Shown in pieces: positions 8,699-18,590 of a stretch of 64,000 nt of DNA. How positions within the stretch are numbered: the stretch's first letter is position 1; every line of letters starts with the position of its first letter. The notes beneath the pieces were generated by a model. It saw only the letters and a list, made by a program, of their open reading frames with translations, made no database searches and was not told the DNA's origin. This DNA is from a virus. The DNA lies in IMG/VR virus record IMGVR_UViG_3300020049_009119; one strand, 5' to 3'. The position numbers were made by a program, and so were the translations under genes.

Positions 8699-9215
8699 TT
8701 GCTGAACTTACCCAAGCTTTTGAAAACTGGTTTGTCTGAAACAGCGCGGCCAAGCCAGAAAGCTGCTTCAGGCGCAGTAGCTCGTCGGGGTCCATCCCGA
8801 TATTTTTGCATATCCATTCGTTGCCCATTCCGGCGTCGGAAAGCTCTTTCACAATATTGACCATCAGATCAATTGAATGCGTGCCGCGCGCGCGGTTGTG
8901 GCGGATCGTGCTTGCCATTCGGTTGCTGATGTCTTTCTCGATTACAACCACCGGCAGCATTCCTTTCTCCCGGTCGTAAATCTTTCTGCTGGTCAGCAAC
9001 ACTAGCCGCCGATGAAAGCCGTCTACGATCTCATAAACATCTTCTTCCGGCACGTAATAGCAGACGCAGGGCATCGTATAGCCGTCTTCCCAGATGGACT
9101 TTTCGAGCAGTTTAAGCTCAGGCGGCGCTACGCTGTTAGGGTTATACGAATTGGCGCGCGTCTTCTCGACGGGCACGGCGCGAACGCCATAAACAGGGCT
9201 GGTAAAATTACTCAT
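8673..9215 (-). CDS. ibrB: IbrB-like ParB/Srx N-terminal domain protein
   Basis: ANSYNPNSVAPPE...YEIVDGFHR...ASTIRHNRARGTH; GAGGAG RBS. Confidence 0.85.
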   Translation of the reverse strand: MSNFTSPVYGVRAVPVEKTRANSYNPNSVAPPELKLLEKSIWEDGYTMPCVCYYVPEEDVYEIVDGFHRRLVLLTSRKIYDREKGMLPVVVIEKDISNRMASTIRHNRARGTHSIDLMVNIVKELSDAGMGNEWICKNIGMDPDELLRLKQLSGLAALFQTNQFSKAWVSSANEAKQYEG

Positions 9216-9222
9216 TGACTCC

Positions 9223-10560
9223 TCATAAATCCGCATATTTGGCGAGCGCTGCCCGCCGTCGTTCCAGTTCATATTTGGTCTGGCCGAAGCCCATGAATTT
9301 ACAACTATAATCGTTTTTCAAAATCGTGATACACATCCGCTTATACGTCGGCACCTCGTTGAATTTAGTTATATCCAGATCGTCCGGGTACTCCGCGAAA
9401 CGGATGACTTCGGCCTGCTGCGTGCGCTGGCGTTTGTCTTTCGGCGCGCCAAGCTTTTCAATCCTGGCGCGCGGGTCGGCTTCAATCTCCCGCAACGTTT
9501 CCACCGTGACCGCTCCACCCATTTCCAGCCAGTACTTATGGCTGAAGTTGAATTTCTTCAGATAGAGACTGCGAATCTCATCCGGCAGCGTGGAAAGCAG
9601 GAATTCCATGTAGCTTTTCCAAGTGTGACCTTTTGGCAACTTGGCGTTCTTGAATCCCAACGCTTTCGTACCGCCATAGATGGCCGCGAAGTTCGCGCCA
9701 TTGACTCGCCCGACAAGCCTTGCCCAGGTGTCTGGCTCCAGCGCTCGGTAGAGTTGCAGCGACCCCAGCGCGCAATCATTGAACGGGCTGGCGACTCGCA
9801 TATCGTGTGGTTTCAAGCCCGCCAGGTGCATCAGGTCGTACAGCTTGTTGTAGGCATAGCCGAACTTTGCGTTGGCCGTCCACACGTCATCTACCGTCCA
9901 GTCGTAAAGCGGATAAGCGGCGTAAGTGCTCCCGGCGCGCATCTCGCTGGTCCATTTCCAGTCAGCCCACATCTTGGTCTTGTTGGCGATGGCGGTGTAT
10001 CGGTGCAGGCTTTCCTGCGAACGGATGCCCACCAAGGCGGCAGTCTTTCCCCCGCCACAGTTTTCCCGATACCAGTCCATGAACACACCGTCAAAATCGT
10101 AACTGTCCATGTTGAATGTGAACTTGTCACCGAAGGGGTGGTTGTCAAAATTAATCACGCCGGGATGCTCCGGCATGGGCCTGCACCAGATTTCCTTTTG
10201 TTCAGGGTGCCAGGGCGTCCAGTCGGTTTGAAACATGGAAGCCGCACATTGTGCACTGACCGGCATGCAGCACCAGTACGGTTCGATCACGTCCAGGTTG
10301 CTGGTCATCACTTGCGTCACGTAATCCGTGGTCGCCTGATACTGACCTTCGTAATCCAGGTGATAAACGCCGATCTTGCGGCCCGGATACTCGCGGCGCA
10401 GGAAATCAATAACGAGATTCAGCAACAGGCCGCTGTCCTTGCCGCCGGAGTAGGAAACATAGACATTCTCGAACTCCGCAAACAGTTTACGAAGCCGCAT
10501 CTGGCAGGCATCGTAAACATTCATCTCGATATAGATTTTTCTGCCGTTGCCTTCGATCAT
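9223..10560 (-). CDS. ibrA: IbrA-like PAPS-reductase/PP-loop protein with DUF3440-type C-terminus
   Basis: VSYSGGKDS PP-loop; VGIRSQESLHR; YPLYDWTVDDVW; MRVASPF; KRMCITILKND. Confidence 0.88.
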   Translation of the reverse strand: MIEGNGRKIYIEMNVYDACQMRLRKLFAEFENVYVSYSGGKDSGLLLNLVIDFLRREYPGRKIGVYHLDYEGQYQATTDYVTQVMTSNLDVIEPYWCCMPVSAQCAASMFQTDWTPWHPEQKEIWCRPMPEHPGVINFDNHPFGDKFTFNMDSYDFDGVFMDWYRENCGGGKTAALVGIRSQESLHRYTAIANKTKMWADWKWTSEMRAGSTYAAYPLYDWTVDDVWTANAKFGYAYNKLYDLMHLAGLKPHDMRVASPFNDCALGSLQLYRALEPDTWARLVGRVNGANFAAIYGGTKALGFKNAKLPKGHTWKSYMEFLLSTLPDEIRSLYLKKFNFSHKYWLEMGGAVTVETLREIEADPRARIEKLGAPKDKRQRTQQAEVIRFAEYPDDLDITKFNEVPTYKRMCITILKNDYSCKFMGFGQTKYELERRRAALAKYADL

Positions 10561-11978
10561 AAATCCATCAACCTCTCTTTCAATCCTTCGCCCTTCACTT
10601 TCTCCACCTCGCGCCGGAACGAATCCGCCACGTCTTCCTTGCTTGCCAGCGCGCGAAGAATCCGCTCGTCAATCGTGTCGGCGCATACGATGTCCCAATA
10701 AATCACAGGGCGGATTTGACCGATCCTCATGCTTCGGTCCTCTGCCTGCAATCGCTCGCTGAACTTGAATCCGTTATTGTAAAACACATGATGGCAGGAT
10801 TCGTTCAACGTCAGCCCGTGACCACCACAGGACGGCGTAGCGACGAAGAACCGAGCGTCCGCGCGGAACCTATCCAACTGCTCGTTACGCTCGCGCTCGG
10901 TCAGCTTGCCGTGAAAAAACGCGGCTGGCTGATCCGGGAATTCCGCCGCCAGCGTCCGCGCGATCCCGGCAATGTCGTAATAGTATTTTGCCCAGATGAC
11001 GACCTTTTCAGTCGCCGGAATCTCGCGCAGGATTTCAGTCAGCGCATCCAGCCGCCGGTGCGGAAACTCCACGCACTGAAGCGGCGCGCCCTCATCTTCG
11101 CGCCGTGACCAGAAGCCGGACGTGATTTGCTGCAAGGCAGTGAACAGCCGGAAAATCGCGTACATCGTCGCTTCGTAATTATCCGTGTCCAAGTCCAGCA
11201 ACTCCCGCTTGGCCTGATAATAGGCCGCTTCCTGCGCCGCTGTGCGGTAGAAATACCGCCGCTTGTAAATCTTCTCCGGCAAATCCAGGCACTCAGCCCG
11301 CGTCACCTGATACGTGTACGGTGCGATTTTCTGCGCCAGAACTTCCGTATTCAGCCCGCGAACGATTCGGCCCGGATACTTTTTCGAGTATTCCAGATGG
11401 TTGTTCGCGAAGCTGTAGAAGCTTCGATAGCCCAGAATCTTCGGCGACAAAAACCGCATCTGCGCGAACAAGTCCACCACGCCATTTGTCAGCGGCGTGC
11501 CGGTGAGGATCGAGCGATAGCGGGCAACGGCGGCGTATTCCGTGATGCGCGCCGTCCGCATGCTGCGATGCCCCTTGATGTACGTGGATTCGTCGCATAC
11601 CGCATAGGTGCGCTCATCCATTAGGGCATTTACGGTAAGCGCCACGCGGGCAGAGGAAGACATGCTTTCAATCCCCACGACATACCAGAAGGCCGGGGGC
11701 AATCGGCGCTCACTGGTGCGCTCATCGAAAACGTGGATGCTGTCTGGCGCGCAGTCCGTATGCTTCAGGATTTCATCGCGCCAGGTACGCTTGAGGCTGA
11801 CCGGGCAGAAGATGACTGCCTTGTTGAGCTTGTGGGCGCGCAGCTTGATCAATTCAATAATCACCCTCGTTTTCCCAGTTCCCATTTCAGCCAGCAGCCC
11901 GCCGATCCGTGTAGGCAGAAGCTTGGCGGCGGCAGTGCGCTGGTGGTGAAGGGGGGTTGTGAGGGTGGAGAATTGCAT
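10557..11978 (-). CDS. SNF2-family helicase
   Basis: AEMGTGKT, CDESTYIK, LTGTPL, GGHGLTL, QAEDRSMRIGQ. Confidence 0.9.
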   Translation of the reverse strand: MQFSTLTTPLHHQRTAAAKLLPTRIGGLLAEMGTGKTRVIIELIKLRAHKLNKAVIFCPVSLKRTWRDEILKHTDCAPDSIHVFDERTSERRLPPAFWYVVGIESMSSSARVALTVNALMDERTYAVCDESTYIKGHRSMRTARITEYAAVARYRSILTGTPLTNGVVDLFAQMRFLSPKILGYRSFYSFANNHLEYSKKYPGRIVRGLNTEVLAQKIAPYTYQVTRAECLDLPEKIYKRRYFYRTAAQEAAYYQAKRELLDLDTDNYEATMYAIFRLFTALQQITSGFWSRREDEGAPLQCVEFPHRRLDALTEILREIPATEKVVIWAKYYYDIAGIARTLAAEFPDQPAAFFHGKLTERERNEQLDRFRADARFFVATPSCGGHGLTLNESCHHVFYNNGFKFSERLQAEDRSMRIGQIRPVIYWDIVCADTIDERILRALASKEDVADSFRREVEKVKGEGLKERLMDL

Positions 11979-12292
11979 TAGGAGAATAAAAACCGAATAG
12001 AGCCAGCAAGCGCCGCATTACTGCCGTTCGCTTGCACTTCTCCGGCATTGATGAGTTGAACATCTTTCAGGCAGGCAATTCGCGCCTCAAACTCCGCCAC
12101 GTTTCCTTTGATAAGAATTAATCTCTGCGGTGAATTTGGGTAGAACTGAAACGCCTCCTGCATGTCAAACCATGGGATCGCGCCTGTCGCTCTTATTGGC
12201 AGCGCAGTGGCGTGCAGCATCAGGTTTTCTAGCCATGCTGGAACCAAGTCACCGTTGAGCGGCTTACTTTCGACCATCTGATTCCAATTCAT
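11978..12292 (-). CDS. Hypothetical protein
   Basis: Coupled between neighbours. Confidence 0.5.
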   Translation of the reverse strand: MNWNQMVESKPLNGDLVPAWLENLMLHATALPIRATGAIPWFDMQEAFQFYPNSPQRLILIKGNVAEFEARIACLKDVQLINAGEVQANGSNAALAGSIRFLFS

Positions 12293-12293
12293 A

Positions 12294-12944
12294 TCAATCC
12301 TCATCTAAAAATTCATCGGCAATCCCGCCGACTACCACCGCCGCTGCCATCGCTGGCGCAGTCGTCGCGCGCGGCCTCAATTCCACGCGCACCATTGCCA
12401 GGCGCTTCGCCCGCGCTTCGGCCAATAGCTTCTGCCCACTGGCCGTGAAGCGAAAATCGTGAAGGCTGGCAAAGTCTTCCACTTCCTCGAAATACTCCGG
12501 CGGCACGGCCACCCACGGCTTTGAATACCGCGATCCTGGCAGGGCGCGAGCTTTCAGGTAAAACTCTTCCCCGTATGCCCATTCGATCAGGAACCAGCCT
12601 GCATACTTGCCGCCCTTGCCGCTGTAAATCCAGCGCGTGTGCTCATCGGTGTAATCGCCTGCCGTAATGCGCTCAGCGTCAATGCCATCTGGCACGCTGA
12701 CGATGAAGCCAGTCGCCAGCAGCTTGTATGCCGCTTCAATCAGCCGGTCTTCTGCCGTGCCGGTCTGCGCGGTAATCTTCCGCTCGCGCCGCCACAGTGT
12801 CTCATTCCAGCGAAAGCGCATTTCGCGCGCCAGTTGCCGGAAGGCTTCGTTCTTGGCGGCGAACTTCAGGCAGAGCAGGTCGCCGGAAATGGAAAGCTCG
12901 GCGACCGTTTCGGTGACGGGTTGTGGTGGGCGAAGGGTGGGCAT
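12294..12944 (-). CDS. Hypothetical protein, possibly two HARP-like repeats, upstream of SNF2 helicase
   Basis: Two similar segments (FRQLAREMRFRWNETLW; FYLKARALPGSRYSKPWVAV). Confidence 0.55.
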   Translation of the reverse strand: MPTLRPPQPVTETVAELSISGDLLCLKFAAKNEAFRQLAREMRFRWNETLWRRERKITAQTGTAEDRLIEAAYKLLATGFIVSVPDGIDAERITAGDYTDEHTRWIYSGKGGKYAGWFLIEWAYGEEFYLKARALPGSRYSKPWVAVPPEYFEEVEDFASLHDFRFTASGQKLLAEARAKRLAMVRVELRPRATTAPAMAAAVVVGGIADEFLDED

Positions 12945-12948
12945 GGCG

Positions 12949-13305
12949 TTACGCCTTCACGGTATGCTTCACGGTATGGCTGGCCAGCTCCGATTCGATG
13001 CGTGCCCATTCATCGGGGGAGAAATCGTCGCTCCAAAAACCCTTCTCGCCAGCGTCTGCGCCCCAGCCTAGGACGAATAAGGCAAAGCGCGGATAAATAT
13101 GGACGACGCCTTCTTCGTCGCGCACGGTGCGCTTCTCCACGTCCGCGCCTCGATCTTCCATTCGCGCCCAAACCGTGCCGAGTCCCCTAAGGATGATCTG
13201 TTTGTAATCTTCGGCTTTCACATCGCTGCCGCGATAGGGCTTGAAGCCTCGAAATGTGGAACCGCTGGCAGTTGCCTGATAGGTGGAATTGATTGATGTT
13301 TTCAT
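12949..13305 (-). CDS. Hypothetical protein
   Basis: GGAG RBS; operon packing. Confidence 0.6.
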   Translation of the reverse strand: MKTSINSTYQATASGSTFRGFKPYRGSDVKAEDYKQIILRGLGTVWARMEDRGADVEKRTVRDEEGVVHIYPRFALFVLGWGADAGEKGFWSDDFSPDEWARIESELASHTVKHTVKA

Positions 13306-13313
13306 GTATCTCC

Positions 13314-13619
13314 TTATTGAATCGCGGGAACAACCGTCCCGCCGGAAACGAACGATTCAAATCGCGGCAACGGGCGAACCGCGCCGCCAACCAAATCCGC
13401 CGCAATCTGATCCGCACGGGCGGCAATGGCGAGCGCTTGCGGCTTTGCTTCCTGCGCCCAGGCAATGCGCCGGATTTCCTGACTCAGACTGGAAAGCTGC
13501 TCAGCGCGGTACTGAGCGGCGGGAACGGTGTTGCCGAGTTCGTCAACTTCCACCTGCGCCGGAAGTGGCGCGGTGAGGATGGCGTTGATTTTAGCTTCGT
13601 AGGAATTTGCGTTAGTCAT
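13314..13619 (-). CDS. Hypothetical protein, first gene of SNF2/IbrAB operon
   Basis: GAGAG RBS; downstream of promoter. Confidence 0.6.
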   Translation of the reverse strand: MTNANSYEAKINAILTAPLPAQVEVDELGNTVPAAQYRAEQLSSLSQEIRRIAWAQEAKPQALAIAARADQIAADLVGGAVRPLPRFESFVSGGTVVPAIQ

Positions 13620-13680
13620 TTCGTTTCTCTCTTAACTGCATCTCTTGTTCATTGTCCGGCCTTATTGCCTGACAGGTGAG

Positions 13681-13710
13681 AATATAGCAAAGGTAGCTTA
13701 GCTGCGTCAA
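13681..13710 (-). promoter_or_regulatory. Sigma70-like promoter of SNF2/IbrAB operon
   Basis: TTGACG N18 TATATT. Confidence 0.65.
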
Positions 13711-13886
13711 CCGAATTCTGATATTTTCTAAAATATTCTTTTCCGCCCTCACTTCCCCCCTATTAATCCCCCTCTCTCCATGTTATCGTTCGCCCGTTCC
13801 AATCTGATCTCGCCTCCGCTCATTTTTTCCACTGGGCGGTGATTTGCTATGCCGCCCGGTTTTCAACCACGGAGGCAAGAAATCAA

Positions 13887-14750
13887 GTGACAAAAGATCA
13901 ACTGATCGTAAAGCGCGTCCACTGGCCAAAGGTGGCAATGTTCGGCTTCGCCGTTGTGCTCCCCGCCATTGCCATTGGCATCAGCAATAAGCACGTTTTC
14001 CCGAAAGCGTTCGCCATTGCCACAATCGGTCTGATTGTGACCGTAGGCATCTGCCTGATCTCCACATACTTCTCTGGCAATGCCGAACCGAAAACCCGGC
14101 GCTACGCAATGTTTCACGATCTGGTGATTGCGCTGATCCTGTGCGTGAATTTCCTGTTTCATTTCCAGATTGCCCGCGAAGTGTCCGCCGCTGAGGACGC
14201 CCGCGAAGCACGCGAAAAAGCCACCAGCACGCGGGAAACAAACCTTGACCGCGACGTTCAGCGCCAACAGGCATTGGCCAAACTGGACGCGGAGCGAGTG
14301 CGGCTTGAGACGGAAAAACTCCGCGAGCAACGACGCGTGCTGGTGCAATTGCCGTCCAGTCAGCGGCGCGGCGTTGTTGCACCCGGCCAGACTGCGCAAA
14401 CCGCCATTGAGGACAAGGCCAATAAGAATGCAGCGCCAGAATTTTCCAGCGCCAGCACTCTATCTGCCGCGATGCCGCTGGCCGTGATTGGCACGCCGGA
14501 AGAAATTCGCGCGTCGTGGTTTGATTGGCTTTTCTGGGCGGCAGCGGCAGAGATTTTTACAGCCATTCTTGGCGGGATGATCCTGATGATGGTTTGGCGC
14601 TGGGACGTGGACGGTGATGGCATAGACGACAGTTTGCAGCGCAGCCGCCCGACTATGGCAATGTCGCCATCTCCGCAAGTCGCAGCTGCGAAACACGGCA
14701 GCACTACATTTACTTCTGGTGGCGGCAATTTTACCCCGCCCCGCTCGTAA
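13887..14750 (+). CDS. Membrane protein: 3 TM, coiled coil, TM, DxDxDG motif
   Basis: GGAGG RBS, GTG start; hydrophobic segments; WDVDGDGIDD. Confidence 0.7.
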   Translation: MTKDQLIVKRVHWPKVAMFGFAVVLPAIAIGISNKHVFPKAFAIATIGLIVTVGICLISTYFSGNAEPKTRRYAMFHDLVIALILCVNFLFHFQIAREVSAAEDAREAREKATSTRETNLDRDVQRQQALAKLDAERVRLETEKLREQRRVLVQLPSSQRRGVVAPGQTAQTAIEDKANKNAAPEFSSASTLSAAMPLAVIGTPEEIRASWFDWLFWAAAAEIFTAILGGMILMMVWRWDVDGDGIDDSLQRSRPTMAMSPSPQVAAAKHGSTTFTSGGGNFTPPRS

Positions 14751-14855
14751 CCGCGCAGGATCGGACGGGGCAGAAAACGGGAGCGCAGTCACCGGGGCAG
14801 GGGAGCGAATTACCTGCCCCGGAAGTTGAAAACAGTTTTCAAGAAGGAGAAATAA

Positions 14856-15011
14856 GTGGGCAACCAGATCAACGAACTGAGGGAAGCGGCGCTTCGGGAT
14901 CGGTTGCGGCTGATGACGCTGAGCCGCAACTTCTGGCGCTGGGGAGCGGTGGTGATGGCAACGGCGCTGGTGATTTCGGTGGGGGCGGGGATGAAAGGGG
15001 GGTGTTGGTAG
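14856..15011 (+). CDS. 51-aa single-TM peptide (not in ORF track)
   Basis: AAGGAG RBS, GTG start; FWRWGAVVMATALVISVGAG. Confidence 0.5.
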   Translation: MGNQINELREAALRDRLRLMTLSRNFWRWGAVVMATALVISVGAGMKGGCW

Positions 15012-15098
15012 GTGAGCAAAAACCGGAAGATGATCGTGTGGCTGGTGGTGGTTTTTCTGGCGGCGGTGGGAGTGGGGGCGTGGTGGATGAGGGGGTGA
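15012..15098 (+). CDS. 28-aa single-TM peptide (not in ORF track)
   Basis: SKNRKMIVWLVVVFLAAVGVGAWWMRG; GTGA overlap with next gene. Confidence 0.45.
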   Translation: MSKNRKMIVWLVVVFLAAVGVGAWWMRG

Positions 15099-15442
15099 GC
15101 GTGCAACCGGTGCCACGTCCAAAACTCAAATTGGTGCAACCGGTGGCACGAAAGAAAAAGCACTCTGCGCAACCGGTGGCGCAGGCAAAAAAAACGCATT
15201 CTGGTGCAACCGGTGGCACAAAGAATAACCCCAATGATGCCGAAGAGTTACAGCCGCCGCCAATTGCGGGTTGCGAGTGGCGATTCACCGGCTACGGGTG
15301 GGAACTTTGGAAGCGCGTGCCATCCGTTTCCGAGAGCGGAAAACGCAGCAGCAAGCGGACCTATTTGGCCTATTACTCACGCGATGCGGTGAAGAGGTTG
15401 CACGATGCAAATGAAAAAAAGACCAACGCTCGAACAGCTTAA
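15095..15442 (+). CDS. Hypothetical basic protein containing DNA repeats
   Basis: GTG start overlapping upstream stop; C-terminal W/Y-rich domain. Confidence 0.55.
   Translation: MSVQPVPRPKLKLVQPVARKKKHSAQPVAQAKKTHSGATGGTKNNPNDAEELQPPPIAGCEWRFTGYGWELWKRVPSVSESGKRSSKRTYLAYYSRDAVKRLHDANEKKTNARTA
15101..15219. repeat. Four 16-bp near-palindromic repeats with A-rich spacers
   Basis: GTGCAACCGGTG(G/C)CAC-type units at 15101, 15134, 15167, 15204. Confidence 0.85.
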
Positions 15443-15656
15443 AGAACTACCCAGGGAGCTTCTATTTTTAGAGGCTGCACAGATCGGCGTGGACGCGGCG
15501 ATTGCTGGCCAGTTGGCTCTGGAAATTGAGGCGACAAACTTAATGGACAATCCCGAAATCTCGCCTGAAAAAGTGGTGGCACTGAGGGAGAAATTAAAGA
15601 ATGCAGCCGGTGGCACAGAGGCGGCGAAGCGGATGGCGGAAGAGCCTGAAAAATAA
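15405..15656 (+). CDS. Hypothetical protein
   Basis: GAGG RBS; ORF track. Confidence 0.55.
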   Translation: MQMKKRPTLEQLKELPRELLFLEAAQIGVDAAIAGQLALEIEATNLMDNPEISPEKVVALREKLKNAAGGTEAAKRMAEEPEK

Positions 15657-15680
15657 TTTCAAAAAAAGGTGAAAAGGGGG

Positions 15681-15709
15681 TTGACTCAAGCGGCACGGTT
15701 GAGTATATT
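15681..15709 (+). promoter_or_regulatory. Strong sigma70-like early promoter
   Basis: TTGACT N17 TATATT preceded by A-tract (15660-15667). Confidence 0.8.
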
Positions 15710-15739
15710 CATCTCGCCCCAGAAAACACAAAGGAGATT

Positions 15740-18232
15740 ATGAAAATGACCGCCACCGAACGCAAAGCAAACCTCGAATCTCAACTCAGTGCTATCGCAG
15801 GCGAAACCGTTGAAGTGACCATTCGCGGCCTGCGTCAGTTCACGTTCAGTTTTGAATCCGTGAATCAGACGGCAACGAATGCAATTGTTAATTTCTTCGG
15901 CTCGCAAGCCGCGCTCACGATTGAGGCTGACGACGAGTGCGGAACGTTCATTTACGCTGAAGTCTAATCACCCCGCCCGCCGCTCAACCCGGCGGGCAAT
16001 CACCCGGAGGAAACACGATGGCAACCGAAATCCTGAAAATCATCCCCGTTCCTGAAGACGGCTTGGAAATCCACGTCGCGAAGATTGATCGCGGCTTTTC
16101 CGTTGCGGTCAAAGACACCGACGCCGACGAGTTTTACCCGTTTGGCAAAATTTTCCCCGATCTGGACCGCGCGCTGGCCTACACTGAGACTGCCAATGTT
16201 CCCGGCATTACGTCGGTGGTCCTATGAGCCGCCGCAACCTCGCATTCACAGACGCCGAATGGACCACCCTCGCCGCCCTGGCCAACCTGCCCGCCACGCT
16301 GCCCGGTAAAAAAGGCGACGTGCCAGTGAGCGACACCGAGCGCCTGCGGGCGGCACTGCGGCGGCTGGGGGAATTGGCGCGCGATCCAAAATCCGCCACA
16401 GAGCGGGAGCGGGCACTGGTGGCTGATCTGGTGCGATTGTTCGCCGTGCCGCGTGTGCGGGGTGGGACGCGCGCGGGCGGATTTGAGACAGGGAATCGGC
16501 ACAACCCACGGGCGAAGAAAGACAGAGAGGCGCAGGCGGCGTTGACTGTAGCACTGGATCGAATGCGCAGCCTGGGAGAACGCGATCACGATTATTGTGG
16601 ATGTGGGTACTGTGTTGTCCGGCGCGTGATGGGCGACAAGGAGGGAGTATGAGCTACTACAACGGAACATACGAAGAAGCAGCAGCAGCATTGCGATACC
16701 TCGCAAGTAATGAGCGGCCAAAATACGGGCAGCAACGGTTCAACGCAGAGCATTTATACCAACTGGCAGATGAGCTCGCCACCCTGCGCGCCGAGAATGC
16801 CGCGCTGCGGGAGCAAATTGCCCGCGTGGAATCTGAGTTTGCGCGGCTGCGGGAGAATCTGATTGCCGATGCTGAAGCAATGGCCAGTCACGGCAGCGGA
16901 ACGAGTGCCGACACGATTAGAAATGCGATTGACGCCGCCAGCGCGCGGCTAGGAATGGAGGTAGAATGACACCAAAACGTAGCTTCCTACTCTACCTCAC
17001 ATCGGCGCAGTATCGCGCCGAATACGATCTGGCGGCCCAGCGGATGCTCCAGGCTGAGGTACTGGCAGCCGAGGCACGCGCCGACCGTGAGCGCATCAGG
17101 GCGGAAGCTGCGGAGTCACGCCGGCGGCTGGATCACTACGAACGCATCCAGGGCCAAATGGCGGCTGGCCGCGCGGCGTTCTGGGGGTGGAAGGAGGAAA
17201 ATGAACGCTGACCAGGTAGCCGCTCGCAATCCGGAGCGGCTTTTGCTTTTTAATAATTATTCGCTTGCGCTTAGCCAAGCGCTTCGCTACACTCCATTTA
17301 GTCAAGGCAATCACGCCGAAGACGGAGCATAAGGAGATTACGAAGTGAAAACACCAGATCAGACGTGCGCCTCGCCTGCCGAACGCCGAGCAATTGCCGC
17401 GCGGAAGTTCCGCGCGCGCGTGGAAGAAGCATTGCCGGCGGGATGGGCCATCGTGTGGTTCGACCCATCTGAGCATGAAGTCGAACTGCTGCGCCCCACA
17501 GGCGAGACAACGATATTTCAGGGCGAGGTCAGCCTTGAAAAGTTTCGGGCCGATCCTGACGGCTACAGGACGCAAAACATGGACGCCCTGCGTCCGCGAC
17601 GAGAAGGCAAAACGGTTTTATAATGCGCTCAATCACCATCACATTCACGGGAGAGCAAGCGCTCTCCCTCACTCAAATTGCAATGCTCGCGCTCAATCTG
17701 GGCGATCAGCCCGTGATGTTCGACTATGAGCAGCAGCAGATGATCCGGCGCGCGGGCCAGGCGTGGCGTGAAGCCGTCGAATCTGGCGGTTCCAGTCCCG
17801 TCACTGCGTCGGAGGCAGGGAAGCGGGGCGGATCATCGCGTAGCGAGGCGAAGGTCGCAGCGGCGAAGAAAAACGCCGCGCGGCCTCGCCCTAATCGTAG
17901 GAAGAAAAAAACTGAGTTTTAATAGCTATTCGCACGAATACGCGCCGGATTGCCCGTGTGCGTGGTGCGGGGTGGAGCGGGAGAATCAGGCGTAAAAGGC
18001 GGGAGGGAACAGTTTGCGCAAACGATATTCACTGACCGTTCGCGGCCAGCGCCACACTTGGAGTTTTACGATTGACGCGCCGCCCGAACACGTCGCCGAC
18101 TGGCTGGCTGATGGGCTGGAAGTGGACGAACTGCTCAATACGGTGCCGGAGTGGGCAGTGCGAGCGGGGTTGCTGCGGGTGTGGGTGTTCTTACAGGATT
18201 GTTTTTACTGGCGGAAGCCATTTGGGAATTGA
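15740..18232 (+). other. Cluster of small early hypothetical CDSs: 15740-15967, 16018-16227, 16224-16652, 16649-16969, 16966-17211, 17201-17332, 17345-17623, 17623-17922, 18014-18232
   Basis: Co-oriented, mostly with GGAG/GGAGG RBS and ATGA or TAATG overlaps. Confidence 0.7.
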
Positions 18233-18269
18233 GCGAGAATGCGCCATCGGGCGCGGCGAGGGGGAGAAT

Positions 18270-18590
18270 ATGATCACCGTTGTTAATATTCGCACCGCAT
18301 CACCCGCAGCAATCTATATTGGCCGCGCAATGCCGCGCCGGGACGGTTCGCCACTGGGCAATCCGTACAAGCCGGCTGATCCGAACAATGAGGACGACCG
18401 GCGGCTGTGCCTGGCGCAATACAAGCGGTGGCTGTGGGAGCAGATGCAGGGCGACACGCCAGCGGCGGCGGAACTGGCGCGACTGGCAAAGCTGGCGCAG
18501 GAGCAGGATTTGGAACTGGCGTGCTGGTGCGCGCCGAAGTCGTGCCACGGCGATATTATCAAAGCGGCAATTGAGTTTTTGAACGCCTGA
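18270..18590 (+). CDS. DUF4326-like protein
   Basis: IYIGR...SPLGNPY...LACWCAPKSCHGDII. Confidence 0.85.
   Translation: MITVVNIRTASPAAIYIGRAMPRRDGSPLGNPYKPADPNNEDDRRLCLAQYKRWLWEQMQGDTPAAAELARLAKLAQEQDLELACWCAPKSCHGDIIKAAIEFLNA

Noticed and set aside
8673-9215. ParAB plasmid partition system
   Set aside because: No ParA ATPase nearby; the ParB-like gene has the IbrB signature and is paired with IbrA.
9223-10560. Auxiliary metabolic gene for sulfate assimilation (cysH)
   Set aside because: The long DUF3440-type C-terminus and SNF2/ParB context fit IbrA, not a metabolic PAPS reductase.
15101-15219. CRISPR-like mini array
   Set aside because: Repeats are 16 bp, spacers 17-21 bp and A-rich, they lie in a coding region, and no cas genes are present.
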